Assembly (NCBI GenBank): GCA_964648775.1
Contig: CAZYNA010000003.1
Span: forward strand, 18,807-82,806
Direction: 5' to 3'
Length of the DNA: 64,000 bases
DNA from: an uncultured Proteiniphilum sp.
Lineage (GTDB): Bacteria > Bacteroidota > Bacteroidia > Bacteroidales > Dysgonomonadaceae
Below are positions 37,876 through 49,684 of the stretch, in pieces (position 1 is the first letter of the stretch; the number at the start of each line of letters is the position of its first letter). The notes under the pieces are model-generated. The model saw only the letters and a program-made list of their open reading frames with translations, ran no database searches and was not told where the DNA came from. A program made the translations under genes and the position numbers.

Positions 37876-39117
37876 ATGGCTAAAAAATCAAACAGCAGTA
37901 ACCATTGTAGTTTTTGTGGCAGAAGTGAGAAGGAGGTTAACCTTCTCATTTCGGGTGTAACCGGATTTATATGTGAAATGTGTACTGAACAGGCACATGA
38001 AATTGTAAACGATACATTTAAAAGCAACGACAAATCTGATATTGGTTTAAATTTTGCATCTTTACCTAAACCGGCACAAATCAAAGAGTTTCTGGATCAA
38101 TATGTTATTAAACAAGATAACGCTAAGCGCTTCTTGTCTGTAGCAGTTTACAATCACTACAAACGTATTTTACAGAAAACCGGCAAGGATGATGTTGAAA
38201 TAGAAAAGTCGAATATTATTATGGTTGGCGCAACCGGAACAGGAAAGACTCTGCTTGCAAGAACCATTGCCAAAATGTTGAAAGTGCCTTTTACTATTGT
38301 GGATGCTACTGTTTTAACTGAAGCCGGATATGTGGGTGAAGATATTGAAAGTATTCTTACCAGACTTCTTCATGTAGCTGATTATAATGTTGGTGCTGCC
38401 GAAAGAGGTATTGTATTTATTGATGAAATAGATAAAATTGCGCGTAAGAGCGACAATCCTTCTATTACACGTGATGTAAGTGGCGAAGGTGTACAACAGG
38501 GTCTTCTTAAGTTACTTGAAGGATCTACAATCAATGTTCCGCCTCAGGGAGGAAGAAAACATCCTGAACAAAGAATGATTTCTGTTAATACAAAGAATAT
38601 CTTGTTTATCTGTGGTGGTGCATTTGATGGTATCGATAAAAAGATTGCACAAAGACTAAATACCCGTGTTGTTGGCTATGCTGCCAGCCACGACAATGCA
38701 AATATCGACAGAGATAATATATTGAAATATATAACACCTCTCGATCTTAAGTCATTTGGATTAATTCCGGAGATAATTGGTCGTTTACCTATTCTAACAT
38801 ATCTTGAACCACTCGACAGAGAGGCTCTATTAAGAATATTAATTGAACCTAAAAATTCAATCATTAAGCAATATCAGAAACTATTCAGTATGGATGGTGT
38901 TACTCTAACCTTCGAGAACGGAGCATATGAGTACATTGTAGATAAAGCAATTGAGTTTAAATTAGGTGCGAGGGGATTACGGTCTATCGTAGAAGCTATA
39001 ATGATAGATGCTATGTTTACTCTTCCTTCGGGTGAAAAGAAAAAATTGCATGTAACACGAAAATATGCAACTGAACAGTTAGAGAATTCAGATCTTCATC
39101 ATTTACGTGTAGCATAA
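37876..39117 (+). CDS. clpX: ATP-dependent Clp protease ATP-binding subunit ClpX
   Basis: 413 aa. Zinc-finger motifs CSFCGR and CEMC. Walker A GATGTGKT. Confidence 0.95.
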   Translation: MAKKSNSSNHCSFCGRSEKEVNLLISGVTGFICEMCTEQAHEIVNDTFKSNDKSDIGLNFASLPKPAQIKEFLDQYVIKQDNAKRFLSVAVYNHYKRILQKTGKDDVEIEKSNIIMVGATGTGKTLLARTIAKMLKVPFTIVDATVLTEAGYVGEDIESILTRLLHVADYNVGAAERGIVFIDEIDKIARKSDNPSITRDVSGEGVQQGLLKLLEGSTINVPPQGGRKHPEQRMISVNTKNILFICGGAFDGIDKKIAQRLNTRVVGYAASHDNANIDRDNILKYITPLDLKSFGLIPEIIGRLPILTYLEPLDREALLRILIEPKNSIIKQYQKLFSMDGVTLTFENGAYEYIVDKAIEFKLGARGLRSIVEAIMIDAMFTLPSGEKKKLHVTRKYATEQLENSDLHHLRVA

Positions 39118-39176
39118 AATAATGATGAAGATTAATTATACTTAGGCCTGAGTTTATCAGCCTGATTCAAAATATT

Positions 39177-39207
39177 AAAAACGCATGGTTCAAACCTGCG
39201 TTTTTTT
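39177..39207 (+). terminator. intrinsic terminator after clpX
   Basis: AAAAACGCATGGTTCAAACCTGCG followed by T7. Confidence 0.65.
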
Positions 39208-39378
39208 AATGAAAAAAAATGACTAAACTTGCAACTAATGTATTTTTAATTTAACTTAGAAGTGGATTTTATTTCTCACAATAAAATGTTTCTATTTAAT
39301 TGACTGTAAATATGAAATACTTTTTTAAATTTGTGAGAAGCTTATGCTGTTACATTTTTATGAAGGGTGATTCGCTCA

Positions 39379-41580
39379 ATGACTAAACAAGATTTTTTAT
39401 TTAAAGGACTTAAGAAGTATTTCGGATTTGACACATTTAAAGGCAACCAGGAAGCCATAATAAACAGTGTGTTATCCGACAATGACACTTTTGTGTTAAT
39501 GCCTACAGGAGGGGGTAAATCGCTCTGTTATCAGCTACCTGCACTACTATCAGAGGGCACAGCAATTGTTATTTCGCCTCTTATCGCATTAATGAAGAAT
39601 CAGGTTGATGCAATGCGAAATTATAGTGAGGAGGATGGCATAGCACATTTCTTAAACTCTTCTCTTACTAAAAATGAAATTGAAGATGTAAAAAGAGATG
39701 TTGTTTCAGGAAAGACTAAAATGCTGTATGTAGCTCCTGAATCTCTCACTAAACAGGATAATATTGAATTTCTCCGCTCAGTAAAAATATCATTTTATGC
39801 TGTTGATGAAGCGCACTGTATATCTGAGTGGGGCCACGATTTCCGTCCGGAGTACCGAAGGATAAGACCAATTATTAATGAAATTTGCCCCAGACCAATA
39901 ATTGCACTTACCGCAACTGCAACACCAAAAGTTCAGCACGACATTCAGAAAAACCTGGGAATGAATGATGCAATAGTTTATAAGTCGTCATTTAATAGAC
40001 CTAACCTACAATATGAGGTTAGAAATAAAACTGATCTGATAGATAAAGAAATCATCAAGTTTATTTTATCGCAAGGCAGAAAATCAGGAATAGTATATTG
40101 TCTCAGCAGAAAGAAAGTTGATGATTTTGCCCAAATCCTACAAGCAAATGAAATTAGAGCTCTGCCCTATCACGCTGGTATGGATGCGGTTACCAGAAGC
40201 ACCAATCAAGACGCTTTCCTGATGGAAAAGGTGGAAGTAATTGTTGCTACAATTGCATTTGGTATGGGTATCGATAAACCAGATGTAAGATATGTGATAC
40301 ATTACAATATACCAAAAAGTCTTGAAGGCTATTACCAGGAAACAGGTCGTGCCGGAAGAGATGGTGGTGAAGGGAGATGCATTGCCTTTTACTCAAAGAA
40401 AGACCTACAAAAATTAGAGAGATTCATGCAAGGGAAGCCTGTTTCAGAACAAGAAATTGGCAAACAACTGTTAATTGAAACAGCTTCATATGCAGAAACA
40501 AATATATGTCGAAGGAAAGTTTTACTACATTACTTCGGCGAAGATTATAATATCTCAAACTGTGAACATTGTGATAATTGTATAAATCCAAAAATTAAAG
40601 TGGAAGCAAAGGAACTATTAATTACTGTACTAGAAGCTATTGTCGTATTAAAAGAAAAACAAAAGACAGAGTATTTAATCGATTTTCTAATCGGAAAAGA
40701 GACTTCTGATATTGAAACATATGGACATAATGAATTAGAAGAGTTTGGCTCAGGAACTGATGAAGAAGGGAGCACATGGGAAGCAATTATTCGTCAGGCA
40801 TTGCTTGATAACTACCTGAAAAAGGATATTGAGAATTATGGAATTCTAAAAATCACTAAAAAAGGAAAGGACTTCCTGAAAAAACCAACCTCATTTATGG
40901 TTATAAAAAATGATGAGGATGAAGATGATATTACGGATCTTGATGCTGAAGATTCTGATATTATTGCAGGTGGAGTATCAAGTGGTGGTGCAGCAGATCC
41001 TGTACTGTTCTCAATGATGAAGGACCTGAGAAAAAAGATTTCTAAAAAACTTAATGTTCCTCCATATGTTATTTTTCAGCCATCTTCTCTTGAAGCAATG
41101 GCAACATCCTACCCCATCACCATTGAAGAACTTCAAAATATTCCAGGTGTTGGCGCAGGCAAAGCTAAACGATATGGCAAAGAATTCCTGGATCTTATTA
41201 AGACCCATGTTGAAGAGAATGACATTACCCGCCCCGAAGACTTGCGCGTTAAGACTGTTCCTAACAAATCAAAACTGAAAGTCTCTATTGTGCAGGCAAT
41301 CGACAGGAAAGTTGCTCTTGATGACCTGGCTGAGTCTAAAGGAATAGCTTTTGATGAGATGCTTGATGAGGTTGAAGCAATTGTTTATTCAGGTACAAAA
41401 ATCAATATCGACTATTTCCTTAACGAGATAATGTCTCAGGATGTAATTGATGATATATACGCTTATTTTAAAGAAGCCGAGACTGACAATTTAATAAAGG
41501 CACTAGAGGAAATTCCAGAGTATGAAGAAACTGAAATAAGACTGGTGCGTATTAAATTTTTCTCAGAAATGGCAAATTAA
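39379..41580 (+). CDS. recQ: ATP-dependent DNA helicase RecQ
   Basis: DEAH-box motif (VDEAHCISEWGHDFRPEY), zinc-binding Cys cluster and a C-terminal HRDC region. The start is placed at MTKQDFLF. Confidence 0.9.
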   Translation: MTKQDFLFKGLKKYFGFDTFKGNQEAIINSVLSDNDTFVLMPTGGGKSLCYQLPALLSEGTAIVISPLIALMKNQVDAMRNYSEEDGIAHFLNSSLTKNEIEDVKRDVVSGKTKMLYVAPESLTKQDNIEFLRSVKISFYAVDEAHCISEWGHDFRPEYRRIRPIINEICPRPIIALTATATPKVQHDIQKNLGMNDAIVYKSSFNRPNLQYEVRNKTDLIDKEIIKFILSQGRKSGIVYCLSRKKVDDFAQILQANEIRALPYHAGMDAVTRSTNQDAFLMEKVEVIVATIAFGMGIDKPDVRYVIHYNIPKSLEGYYQETGRAGRDGGEGRCIAFYSKKDLQKLERFMQGKPVSEQEIGKQLLIETASYAETNICRRKVLLHYFGEDYNISNCEHCDNCINPKIKVEAKELLITVLEAIVVLKEKQKTEYLIDFLIGKETSDIETYGHNELEEFGSGTDEEGSTWEAIIRQALLDNYLKKDIENYGILKITKKGKDFLKKPTSFMVIKNDEDEDDITDLDAEDSDIIAGGVSSGGAADPVLFSMMKDLRKKISKKLNVPPYVIFQPSSLEAMATSYPITIEELQNIPGVGAGKAKRYGKEFLDLIKTHVEENDITRPEDLRVKTVPNKSKLKVSIVQAIDRKVALDDLAESKGIAFDEMLDEVEAIVYSGTKINIDYFLNEIMSQDVIDDIYAYFKEAETDNLIKALEEIPEYEETEIRLVRIKFFSEMAN

Positions 41581-41647
41581 GTAAATCATAAATTTTAAAC
41601 TATTTCAGTGCCTTATCGTTATTATTTAGACGAAAGGTATATAGATC

Positions 41648-43579
41648 ATGAAATATTTGCAAGATATTAGTAATCCCAAAGACCTCAAAAGCCTCAGCTT
41701 AGAACAGTTGGAGGCGGTGTGCGATGATCTCAGGGAGTTTATAATAGAACAACTTTCACATAACCCGGGACACTTCGGTTCGAGCCTGGGTACTGTGGAG
41801 CTTACTGTGGCACTTCATTATCTTTATAATACTCCATATGACAGAATTGTATGGGATGTGGGTCATCAGGCTTATGGGCATAAAATACTGACCGGACGAA
41901 GAGATAAATTCCATACAAATCGTAAATTAGGAGGGTTATCGGGTTTCACCACACCTTCAGAAAGTGAATATGATACTTTTGCCGTTGGGCATGCTTCAAC
42001 ATCTATTTCGGCTGCCCTTGGAATGGCAGTTTCTGCAGCATTAAAAAATGAAGACCGCCATATTGTTGCTGTAATTGGTGATGGTGCAATGACAGGGGGG
42101 CTTGCATATGAGGGGCTCAACAACGCTTGTTCTCAACCAAATAATTTGCTTGTTATTCTAAACGACAACAATATGTCAATCGATAATAATGTTGGTGGCA
42201 TACAGGATTACCTGGTAAAACTAAATACCTCAACAAAGTATAATCGATTTAGAAACAACGTATATCAAGGATTTAAAAGAAGAAAACTTATCTCTGAAAA
42301 CGAGAAAAATCTGGTATTGCGATTCAATAACAGTATGAAATCTCTCATTACCAGAGAGCAAAACCTGTTTGAGGGATTTAATATTCGTTATTTTGGTCCG
42401 GTTGATGGACACGATTTGCCGGGATTAATCCGTATTCTAAGGAACATAAAGGATATGGAGGGTCCTAAACTACTACACATTAAAACCGTTAAGGGCAAAG
42501 GGTTTAAACCGGCAGAGAAATCGGCTACCGTTTGGCATGCACCGGGACTGTTTAATATTGAAACCGGTGAACGTGTTATTAAAGATAAAACCAATCAGCC
42601 TCCACTTTATCAAGATGTTTTTGGGCACACTTTAGTAGAGTTAGCTGAGAAGAATGATAAAATTGTTGGCGTCACACCTGCTATGCCCACAGGTTCTTCA
42701 ATGATATATATGATGGAGAAGTTTCCTGAAAGAGCTTTTGATGTTGGCATTGCAGAGGCTCATGCAGTTACTTTCTCGGCAGGAATGGCAAAAGAGGGAT
42801 TAATACCGTTTTGCAACATATACTCTTCATTTATGCAAAGAGCATACGATCAGGTAATACATGATGTGGCACTTCAAAATTTGAAGGTAATCATGTGTTT
42901 AGACAGAGCGGGACTGGTCGGCCCCGATGGACCAACCCATCACGGCGTATTCGATTTAGCTTACATGCGACCAATTCCGAATCTGGTAATTTCGGCACCC
43001 ATAGATGAGCATGAATTGCGAAACTTAATGTATACTGCTGTTTACGCAAATGATGGTCCTTTTGTAATAAGATATCCAAGAGGAAATGGTGTTAAGGTAG
43101 ATTGGAAAAACGAGCCTAAGACTATAAAAATTGGTAAGGGAAGAGAGCTGAAATCAGGAAAAGATATTGCGCTATTATCCTTAGGTACCATAGGCAATAA
43201 TGCATCTAAAGCTATTCTGGAAGCAGAGAAACTGGGAATAAGTGTTGCGCATTACGATATGGTTTTCCTAAAACCTATTGATGAAAAACTTCTTACAAAA
43301 ATCATTAAGAACTTCAAGAATATCATCACTGTAGAAGATGGCACAATTAAAGGTGGATTAGGTAGTGCCGTACTTGAGTTTATAGGAGATAACCATTACA
43401 CCGACATACAAGTCAATCGCATAGGCATATCAGATAATTTTGTAACGCATGGCTCAATTGATGAACTTCAGCATATTGTTGAAATTGACACTGACAGCAT
43501 TCTTAAAGAGATAGTGAAAGTGTACACTGAAAATATTGTTCCATCTGTTACTCCAATAGAACTGATACGAAACAAATAA
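41648..43579 (+). CDS. dxs: 1-deoxy-D-xylulose-5-phosphate synthase
   Basis: 643 aa. GHFGSSLG motif and the TPP-binding motif GDGAMTGG. Confidence 0.95.
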   Translation: MKYLQDISNPKDLKSLSLEQLEAVCDDLREFIIEQLSHNPGHFGSSLGTVELTVALHYLYNTPYDRIVWDVGHQAYGHKILTGRRDKFHTNRKLGGLSGFTTPSESEYDTFAVGHASTSISAALGMAVSAALKNEDRHIVAVIGDGAMTGGLAYEGLNNACSQPNNLLVILNDNNMSIDNNVGGIQDYLVKLNTSTKYNRFRNNVYQGFKRRKLISENEKNLVLRFNNSMKSLITREQNLFEGFNIRYFGPVDGHDLPGLIRILRNIKDMEGPKLLHIKTVKGKGFKPAEKSATVWHAPGLFNIETGERVIKDKTNQPPLYQDVFGHTLVELAEKNDKIVGVTPAMPTGSSMIYMMEKFPERAFDVGIAEAHAVTFSAGMAKEGLIPFCNIYSSFMQRAYDQVIHDVALQNLKVIMCLDRAGLVGPDGPTHHGVFDLAYMRPIPNLVISAPIDEHELRNLMYTAVYANDGPFVIRYPRGNGVKVDWKNEPKTIKIGKGRELKSGKDIALLSLGTIGNNASKAILEAEKLGISVAHYDMVFLKPIDEKLLTKIIKNFKNIITVEDGTIKGGLGSAVLEFIGDNHYTDIQVNRIGISDNFVTHGSIDELQHIVEIDTDSILKEIVKVYTENIVPSVTPIELIRNK

Positions 43580-43607
43580 ACCAGCAGCTGATAACTGATA
43601 ACTGTCA

Positions 43608-44945
43608 ATGAAAATTTTAATTGCCGGTGCAGGCGCCGTGGGTACACACCTTGCAAAATTACTCGGTCAGGAAAATCACGACATCACATTAATGGACAGT
43701 GACAAAGATCGTCTTTTCATGATTCAGGATAACTCTGATGTACTAACTTATGTTGGTAATTGTACTTCTATTAAAGATTTAACTGAATCTAATGTTGCAA
43801 AAGCAGATCTGTTTATTGGAGTCACGCCCGAAGAATCGAGAAATATCACCTCATGCATGCTCGCCGCAAACTTAGGAGCAAAAAAAACTGTAGCACGTAT
43901 TGATAATTATGAGTATTTACTTCCAAAGAACCTTGAGTTCTTTGATAAGTTGGGCATTCACTCTATGATATACCCCGAACTGATGGCAGCCCGTGAAATT
44001 GCAATGGCAATAAAAACCCCGTGGTCGCGGTTCTGGTGGGAACTATGTAATGGAACCATTATACTCATCGGTGCTAAAATCAGAGATAATGCTCCAATAG
44101 TAAATAAATACCTATATGAATTAACGCAGGAGAGCAAAAAGTTTCACTTTGTAGCTATAAAAAGGAATAATCAAACAATTATTCCAAAGGGCGACGACCA
44201 GATCAGGGATAATGATATCCTATATATTACCACTTTACGAAAGCATTTAGAGATATTGCCTGAGTTATTAGGAAAGAAATCGTTTGAAACAAAGCGACTT
44301 ATGTTTATGGGTGGTAGTAAAATAGCAGTTCGCACAATTCAACAACTCCCTCATAATATTGATATAAAAATTATTGAACAGGATAGAGAACGAGCAAAAA
44401 TTCTGGTAGAAAAGTTACCATCTAATGTTACCGTTTTTGTGGAGGATGCACGTAATGCAGAGTTTCTTGTGCGTGAAGGAATAGCTGAAACAGATGCATT
44501 TCTGGCGCTTACAGACAATTCAGAGGCAAATATACTTAGTTGTATGATGGCAAAGCAACATGGCGTAAAAAAGACTGTTGCTGAGGTTGAAAATATCGAC
44601 TTCATAACAATGGCCGAACAACTTGATATTGGCACAGTTATAAATAAAAAACTGATAACGGCCAGCAAGATTTATGAGTTATTGCTAAAGGCAGATGCTT
44701 CTAACATCAAAAGTCTTACTTTTGCCGATGCTAATGTAGGAGAGATTATTGCTCAGCCAAAATCCAAAATAACAAAAAAACTTATCAAGGATTTAAAATT
44801 ACCTGACGACATTACATTAGGTGCATTAATCAGAGATGGGGAGCCATTATTAATTGATGGAAATACTAAAGTTGAGCCAAATGATCGTGTTGTAGTGTTT
44901 TTCCTCAACAGTTCGCTGAAAAAGATTGAAAACCTCTTCAATTAA
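43608..44945 (+). CDS. trkA: Trk potassium uptake system NAD-binding subunit
   Basis: 445 aa with two RCK/TrkA-N repeats. It starts MKILIAGAGAVG. Confidence 0.9.
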   Translation: MKILIAGAGAVGTHLAKLLGQENHDITLMDSDKDRLFMIQDNSDVLTYVGNCTSIKDLTESNVAKADLFIGVTPEESRNITSCMLAANLGAKKTVARIDNYEYLLPKNLEFFDKLGIHSMIYPELMAAREIAMAIKTPWSRFWWELCNGTIILIGAKIRDNAPIVNKYLYELTQESKKFHFVAIKRNNQTIIPKGDDQIRDNDILYITTLRKHLEILPELLGKKSFETKRLMFMGGSKIAVRTIQQLPHNIDIKIIEQDRERAKILVEKLPSNVTVFVEDARNAEFLVREGIAETDAFLALTDNSEANILSCMMAKQHGVKKTVAEVENIDFITMAEQLDIGTVINKKLITASKIYELLLKADASNIKSLTFADANVGEIIAQPKSKITKKLIKDLKLPDDITLGALIRDGEPLLIDGNTKVEPNDRVVVFFLNSSLKKIENLFN

Positions 44946-44987
44946 TAAGTCATACTACCCAAATCCATTTCTTAAAATAACAGGGAA

Positions 44988-46454
44988 ATGAGTAAATTTA
45001 ATTTTAGATTCGTTTTAAGTACCGTAGGACTGGTATTGTTGGTAGAGGCAGTCCTGATGCTTTTTTCAGGTTTCGTAGGCGAGTATTATCATGAAGATGC
45101 TACCATCAGTATATATATTTCTTCTATAATAACTGTCTTGTCTGGTGCCGTTCTTATATTTATCGGTAGAAGAAAAAAAACACAGACCAAAAATATCACT
45201 AAACGCGAAGTATTTATTACTGTTACCTCAGTCTGGCTAACACTTGCTCTTTTTGGCACTTTACCATATCTGCTAAGCGGCGCAATACCCTCCTTTTCCA
45301 ATGCATTTTTTGAAAGTATATGCGGATTTACTACAACAGGCAGTTCAACTTTATTAAATATAGAAGCTTTTCCTAAATCACTTCACTTTTGGCGAAGTTT
45401 CACTCAATGGATTGGTGGCGTTGGAATAATTATTTTCGTTCTCTCCTTTATGCCAATATTTGGTGGAGTATCCGGCCATTTTTATGATGCAGAAGCAACA
45501 GGTATAGCTGAAGATATGTTCAGACCAAGAATTAAAGAAATAACTAAAAATATTGCATTTACATATCTCGCACTAACTATTGTTGGGTTCCTCTTTTTAA
45601 TAGCCGGACCAATGGATGCATTTGATGCGGCATGTCACACATTTTCAGCAATCTCAACAGGTGGCTTTTCTACAAAACAGGCCAGTATTGCTCATTTCAA
45701 TTCTCCATATATTGAGTATGTAATTACAGTTTTGATGTTTTTTGGAGGAACCAATTTCCTTCTGATATCTGCTCTTTTCACAAAACTATCAACCAAAATA
45801 TTTAAGAATGAAGAATTCAGATGGTATTTTGGAATAATAGTATTGCTAACTATTGGAATCTCAGCTACCCTTATGGCTACAGGCCAGATGAGCGGATTAG
45901 AAAAAACCTTTAGAACGGTACTGTTTCAGGTAGTTGCAGCAGTAACAACAACTGGTTATGTAACGGCAGATTTTGTGTCGTGGGGGCCATTCTACTGGTT
46001 ACTCTTTATGTCTATGATTCTCTTCTGTGGGTGCGAAGGTTCAACTTCAGGGGGTATGAAAGTATCACGTCTCATTGTTCTGTTCAAAAACTCAGTGTTA
46101 GTTTTTAAGAGACAGGTGCATCCAAATGCACTTTACCTAGTTAAAATGAATAATAAAGTTATTTCAAACGATGCACTATCTAAAGTTATAGCTTTTGTCT
46201 TTTTATATACTGCCCTGGCAATAATCAGCGCAACAATACTTAGCTTAACCGGACTCACTTTCGAGGAATCCATAAGCGTATCGCTATCTTCTTTAAGCAA
46301 TTATGGATTCGGACTCGGATCGTTTGGTCCAAGCGGAACATTTGAGTCGGCCTCAAGCATTACCAAATATTTCCTCGCATTTCTTATGTTGGTTGGCAGA
46401 TTAGAAATTTTCACCGTGCTATCTCTTTTCGTTCCGGGATTCTGGAAAAGATAA
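44988..46454 (+). CDS. trkH: TrkH-family potassium transporter
   Basis: 488 aa, polytopic. Selectivity-filter-like TTTG and STGG motifs. Confidence 0.9.
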   Translation: MSKFNFRFVLSTVGLVLLVEAVLMLFSGFVGEYYHEDATISIYISSIITVLSGAVLIFIGRRKKTQTKNITKREVFITVTSVWLTLALFGTLPYLLSGAIPSFSNAFFESICGFTTTGSSTLLNIEAFPKSLHFWRSFTQWIGGVGIIIFVLSFMPIFGGVSGHFYDAEATGIAEDMFRPRIKEITKNIAFTYLALTIVGFLFLIAGPMDAFDAACHTFSAISTGGFSTKQASIAHFNSPYIEYVITVLMFFGGTNFLLISALFTKLSTKIFKNEEFRWYFGIIVLLTIGISATLMATGQMSGLEKTFRTVLFQVVAAVTTTGYVTADFVSWGPFYWLLFMSMILFCGCEGSTSGGMKVSRLIVLFKNSVLVFKRQVHPNALYLVKMNNKVISNDALSKVIAFVFLYTALAIISATILSLTGLTFEESISVSLSSLSNYGFGLGSFGPSGTFESASSITKYFLAFLMLVGRLEIFTVLSLFVPGFWKR

Positions 46455-46496
46455 TTCCCCATATTTCAAAAGTATAATCTATTGAAATATAGGGAA
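46455..46496. terminator. hairpin between convergent trkH and clpB
   Basis: TTCCCCATATTTCAA (46455-46469) pairs with TTGAAATATAGGGAA (46482-46496). The stem is 15 bp with 1 mismatch. Confidence 0.55.
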
Positions 46497-46569
46497 TCTA
46501 TCAACTTGTATAGTTATATTACAGAATCATGTTCTATTATAAGACCAAATATAATGCTATCGCTCATCA

Positions 46570-49158
46570 TTAATTATGGAAGAAAACAGTATCATCAATT
46601 GCATCAATTGTTATAGGTTTAGCTCTATCAATCTTACCAGATAGCAAATCTTTAGATAACTGATTCAGTACTTTTCTCTGTATAACCCGCTTAACCGGTC
46701 GTGCACCAAACTCAGGATCAAACCCCACAATAGAAATACTTCTTACTGCTTCATCGCTATATCTCAGATCGATACCAGACTCAGCCAAAGATTTGGCAAC
46801 ATTATTAAGTTGCATTTTCACAACCTCTGCAATTTCACTTTCACTAAGCGGAGAAAACATAATTATCTCATCAATACGATTTAAAAACTCAGGTCTTATA
46901 GTTTTCTTCATCATATCCATAACCAGATTTTTTGTTTTCTCTATAATATCCTCCCTGTTAGATGGCGTAATCCTTTCAAAATTCTCACGAATCATGCTAG
47001 ACCCCATGTTAGAAGTCATAATAATAATCGTATTCTTAAAATTCACCACCCTACCCTTGTTATCCGTCAAACGCCCATCGTCTAACACCTGAAGAAGAAT
47101 ATTAAATACATCAGGGTGCGCCTTCTCTATCTCATCAAAAAGCACCACTGAGTATGGTTTACGACGGATAGCTTCAGTAAGCTGACCACCCTCATCATAC
47201 CCAACATACCCGGGAGGCGCACCAATCAGTCGGGTTGCACTAAATTTCTCCTGATACTCACTCATATCAATGCGAGTCATCATATTTTCATCATCAAATA
47301 AATACTCTGCAAGCGCCTTAGCCAATTCTGTTTTTCCAACACCTGTTGTGCCAAGAAAAATAAACGAACCGATAGGACGCTTTGGATCACTCAGTCCGGC
47401 GCGACTACGTCTTACTGCATCTGCAACGGCAGTAATTGCCTCATCCTGACCAACCACTCGTTTGTGCAATTCATCTTCAAGATTGAGCAACTTCTCACGC
47501 TCACTCTGCATCATCTTACTCACAGGAATACCGGTCCAGCGAGAAACCACATCTGCAATATCCTCAGCATCAACCTCCTCCTTAATCATTGCACGACTAC
47601 CCTGCCTTACATGAAGCTCAGTCTGAAGCGCATCTATCTCATTCTCTTTCTCCTTAATTTTGCCATATCTGAGTTCAGCTACTTTTCCATAATCGCCCTC
47701 ACGCTCAGCACGATCAGCCTCAAACTTAGCATCTTCAATATCTATTTTAGCTTGCTGAATTTTGTTGATTAGTTCCTTCTCCGACTGCCACTTAGCCCTG
47801 TAATCAGCCTCCTCTTCTTTCAGCTCTTCAATCTGCTTAGTGAGTACATCCACCTTTGCCTGATCATTTTCACGCTTAATAGCCTCACGTTCAATCTCCA
47901 ACTGCTTAACTTTCCTTATCAGCTCATCAAGCTCTTCGGGAACAGAATCCACCTCCATACGCAGTTTTGCTGCAGCCTCATCCATTAAGTCGATTGCCTT
48001 ATCCGGCAAAAACCTGTCGGTGATATACCTGCTCGAGAGCTGAACCGAAGCAATAATTGCCTCATCTTTAATTCTCACTTTATGGTGATTTTCATAACGC
48101 TCCTTCAATCCTCTTAAAATTGAAATACTATCAGCTTCTGAGGGTTCATTCACCATAACCATCTGAAAACGACGCTCAAGCGCTTTATCCTTTTCGAAAT
48201 ATTTCTGATACTCATCAAGAGTTGTTGCACCAATTGCTCTTAACTCACCCCTTGCAAGCGCAGGCTTTAGAATGTTGGCTGCATCCATAGAGCCTTCAGA
48301 TTTTCCGGCACCCACAAGAGTATGAATCTCATCAATAAACAAAATTATCTCACCATCCGATTTGGTAACCTCATTGATAACCGATTTTAGTCGCTCTTCA
48401 AACTCACCCTTATACTTAGCACCTGCAATCAAGGCCCCCATATCAAGCGAATAAACCTGCTTACTTTTAAGATTCTCAGGTACATCACCCCTCACAATTC
48501 TATAGGCCAAACCCTCTGCAATAGCAGTTTTACCCGTTCCGGGCTCACCAATTAAAATGGGGTTATTTTTTGTTCTCCTACTCAATATCTGCAGAACCCT
48601 TCTGATTTCTTCGTCCCTGCCAATTACCGGATCAAGCTTACCTTCACGAGCCCTATCAATCAGATTAACAGCATATTTGCTAAGCGACTGATAAGTTTCT
48701 TCGGCAGTCTGACTTGTTACCTTTTCTCCTTTTCTCAGATCAGTAATTGCTGCTTGCAGCTGATTTAATGAAATACCTGAATCCATCATCATTTTAGATG
48801 CACTATTTTTTTCATCGAGTATCCCCAATAAAAGATGCTCAACCGACACAAACTGATCGCCCATTTTATTAGTAAAATCGGCTGCTTTCTGAAAAACAGC
48901 ATTAGTATCTCTACTCAACATCGGATCTCCTCCCGAAACACGCGGAAGAGATTCAATTTCAGCATCAAGCACTGTTTCTAAGTTCTGGGCATTAACTCCA
49001 AGCTTGTTGAAAAGGAAGCTCACAATATTATCACCCACAATCATAACACCTTTAAGTATGTGAGTAGGCTCAATCATTTGCTGACTATTACCCTGTGCAA
49101 TTTCAATGGCTTTTTGTACAGCTTCCTGTGCTTTTATTGTAAAATTATTAAAATTCAT
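46570..49158 (-). CDS. clpB: ATP-dependent chaperone ClpB
   Basis: 862 aa. Two AAA+ modules (GEPGTGKT and GTTGVGKT) with a long coiled-coil middle domain. Confidence 0.95.
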   Translation of the reverse strand: MNFNNFTIKAQEAVQKAIEIAQGNSQQMIEPTHILKGVMIVGDNIVSFLFNKLGVNAQNLETVLDAEIESLPRVSGGDPMLSRDTNAVFQKAADFTNKMGDQFVSVEHLLLGILDEKNSASKMMMDSGISLNQLQAAITDLRKGEKVTSQTAEETYQSLSKYAVNLIDRAREGKLDPVIGRDEEIRRVLQILSRRTKNNPILIGEPGTGKTAIAEGLAYRIVRGDVPENLKSKQVYSLDMGALIAGAKYKGEFEERLKSVINEVTKSDGEIILFIDEIHTLVGAGKSEGSMDAANILKPALARGELRAIGATTLDEYQKYFEKDKALERRFQMVMVNEPSEADSISILRGLKERYENHHKVRIKDEAIIASVQLSSRYITDRFLPDKAIDLMDEAAAKLRMEVDSVPEELDELIRKVKQLEIEREAIKRENDQAKVDVLTKQIEELKEEEADYRAKWQSEKELINKIQQAKIDIEDAKFEADRAEREGDYGKVAELRYGKIKEKENEIDALQTELHVRQGSRAMIKEEVDAEDIADVVSRWTGIPVSKMMQSEREKLLNLEDELHKRVVGQDEAITAVADAVRRSRAGLSDPKRPIGSFIFLGTTGVGKTELAKALAEYLFDDENMMTRIDMSEYQEKFSATRLIGAPPGYVGYDEGGQLTEAIRRKPYSVVLFDEIEKAHPDVFNILLQVLDDGRLTDNKGRVVNFKNTIIIMTSNMGSSMIRENFERITPSNREDIIEKTKNLVMDMMKKTIRPEFLNRIDEIIMFSPLSESEIAEVVKMQLNNVAKSLAESGIDLRYSDEAVRSISIVGFDPEFGARPVKRVIQRKVLNQLSKDLLSGKIDRAKPITIDAIDDTVFFHN

Positions 49159-49469
49159 ATTCTTGTTATTTCTTTATTTAAAAATCTAATATCTCTTTTT
49201 GCATAATTCCATTCTCAAGATTGATTCACTTATAAAACAATAATAAATGAACTATAGTTGAGAATTTATGAATCATTTACCGTATGTAATAAACTTCATT
49301 ATCCCTATCAGTCTGAAAACACCATTAGTCTCAGATTCACAACAATATAAAGTCAAAATCTTTGCCAATCGCAAAATGTGACGTTTTGTCATACCACAAT
49401 GCTAATACAAATGTTTTTTGAGACTCAGGCTTACATTATGTCTATTATTTATTGATACATTCTTCGCGT

Positions 49470-49569
49470 TTGATTCATATTTCATTCATATTTGGTTCAT
49501 ACCTCGTTCATACCTCGTTCATACCTCGTTCGTACATGGTTCGAACAAGCATAAATAAAGAATGAATAA
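49470..49569 (-). repeat. phased-repeat module, copy B (inverted relative to copy A)
   Basis: The RTTCRWA cores on the plus strand start at 49473, 49484, 49495, 49506, 49517, 49528 and 49539, spaced exactly 11 bp apart. The reverse complement reads TTATTCATTC-N13-GTTCGAACCAT GTACGAACGAG GTATGAACGAG GTATGAACGAG GTATGAACCAA ATATGAATGAA ATATGAATCAA. Confidence 0.9.
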
Positions 49570-49647
49570 GGTAAGTAATAACATAGAGTAATGTACCACT
49601 CAATTAAGTGTTAAGTTTGGTATGATAAAGAGAAGACAAAAATTTAT

Positions 49648-49655
49648 TATCTTTG
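49648..49655 (+). promoter_or_regulatory. -7 box TATCTTTG upstream of proS
   Basis: Exact TAnnTTTG match, 30 nt before the preferred proS ATG (49685). Confidence 0.45.
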
Positions 49656-49684
49656 CATCTTCAATAAAAAAATTAATTCAGGTA

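Noticed and set aside
49366-49392. TGTGAC-N5-GTCATA near-dyad (CRP/FNR-like) and short ORFs of 37-39 aa in the long clpB upstream region
   Set aside because: The dyad has a mismatch and non-canonical spacing. The short ORFs show no conservation signal that I can assess and no start context. There is not enough evidence to call either.
18367-49546. The two inverted modules might be recombination sites for a 31-kb invertible segment
   Set aside because: The copies share architecture but have no long perfectly identical core. No recombinase or invertase gene is present in the window. The intervening 31 kb is essential housekeeping DNA. A regulatory role is more parsimonious, although this cannot be fully excluded without long-read population data.
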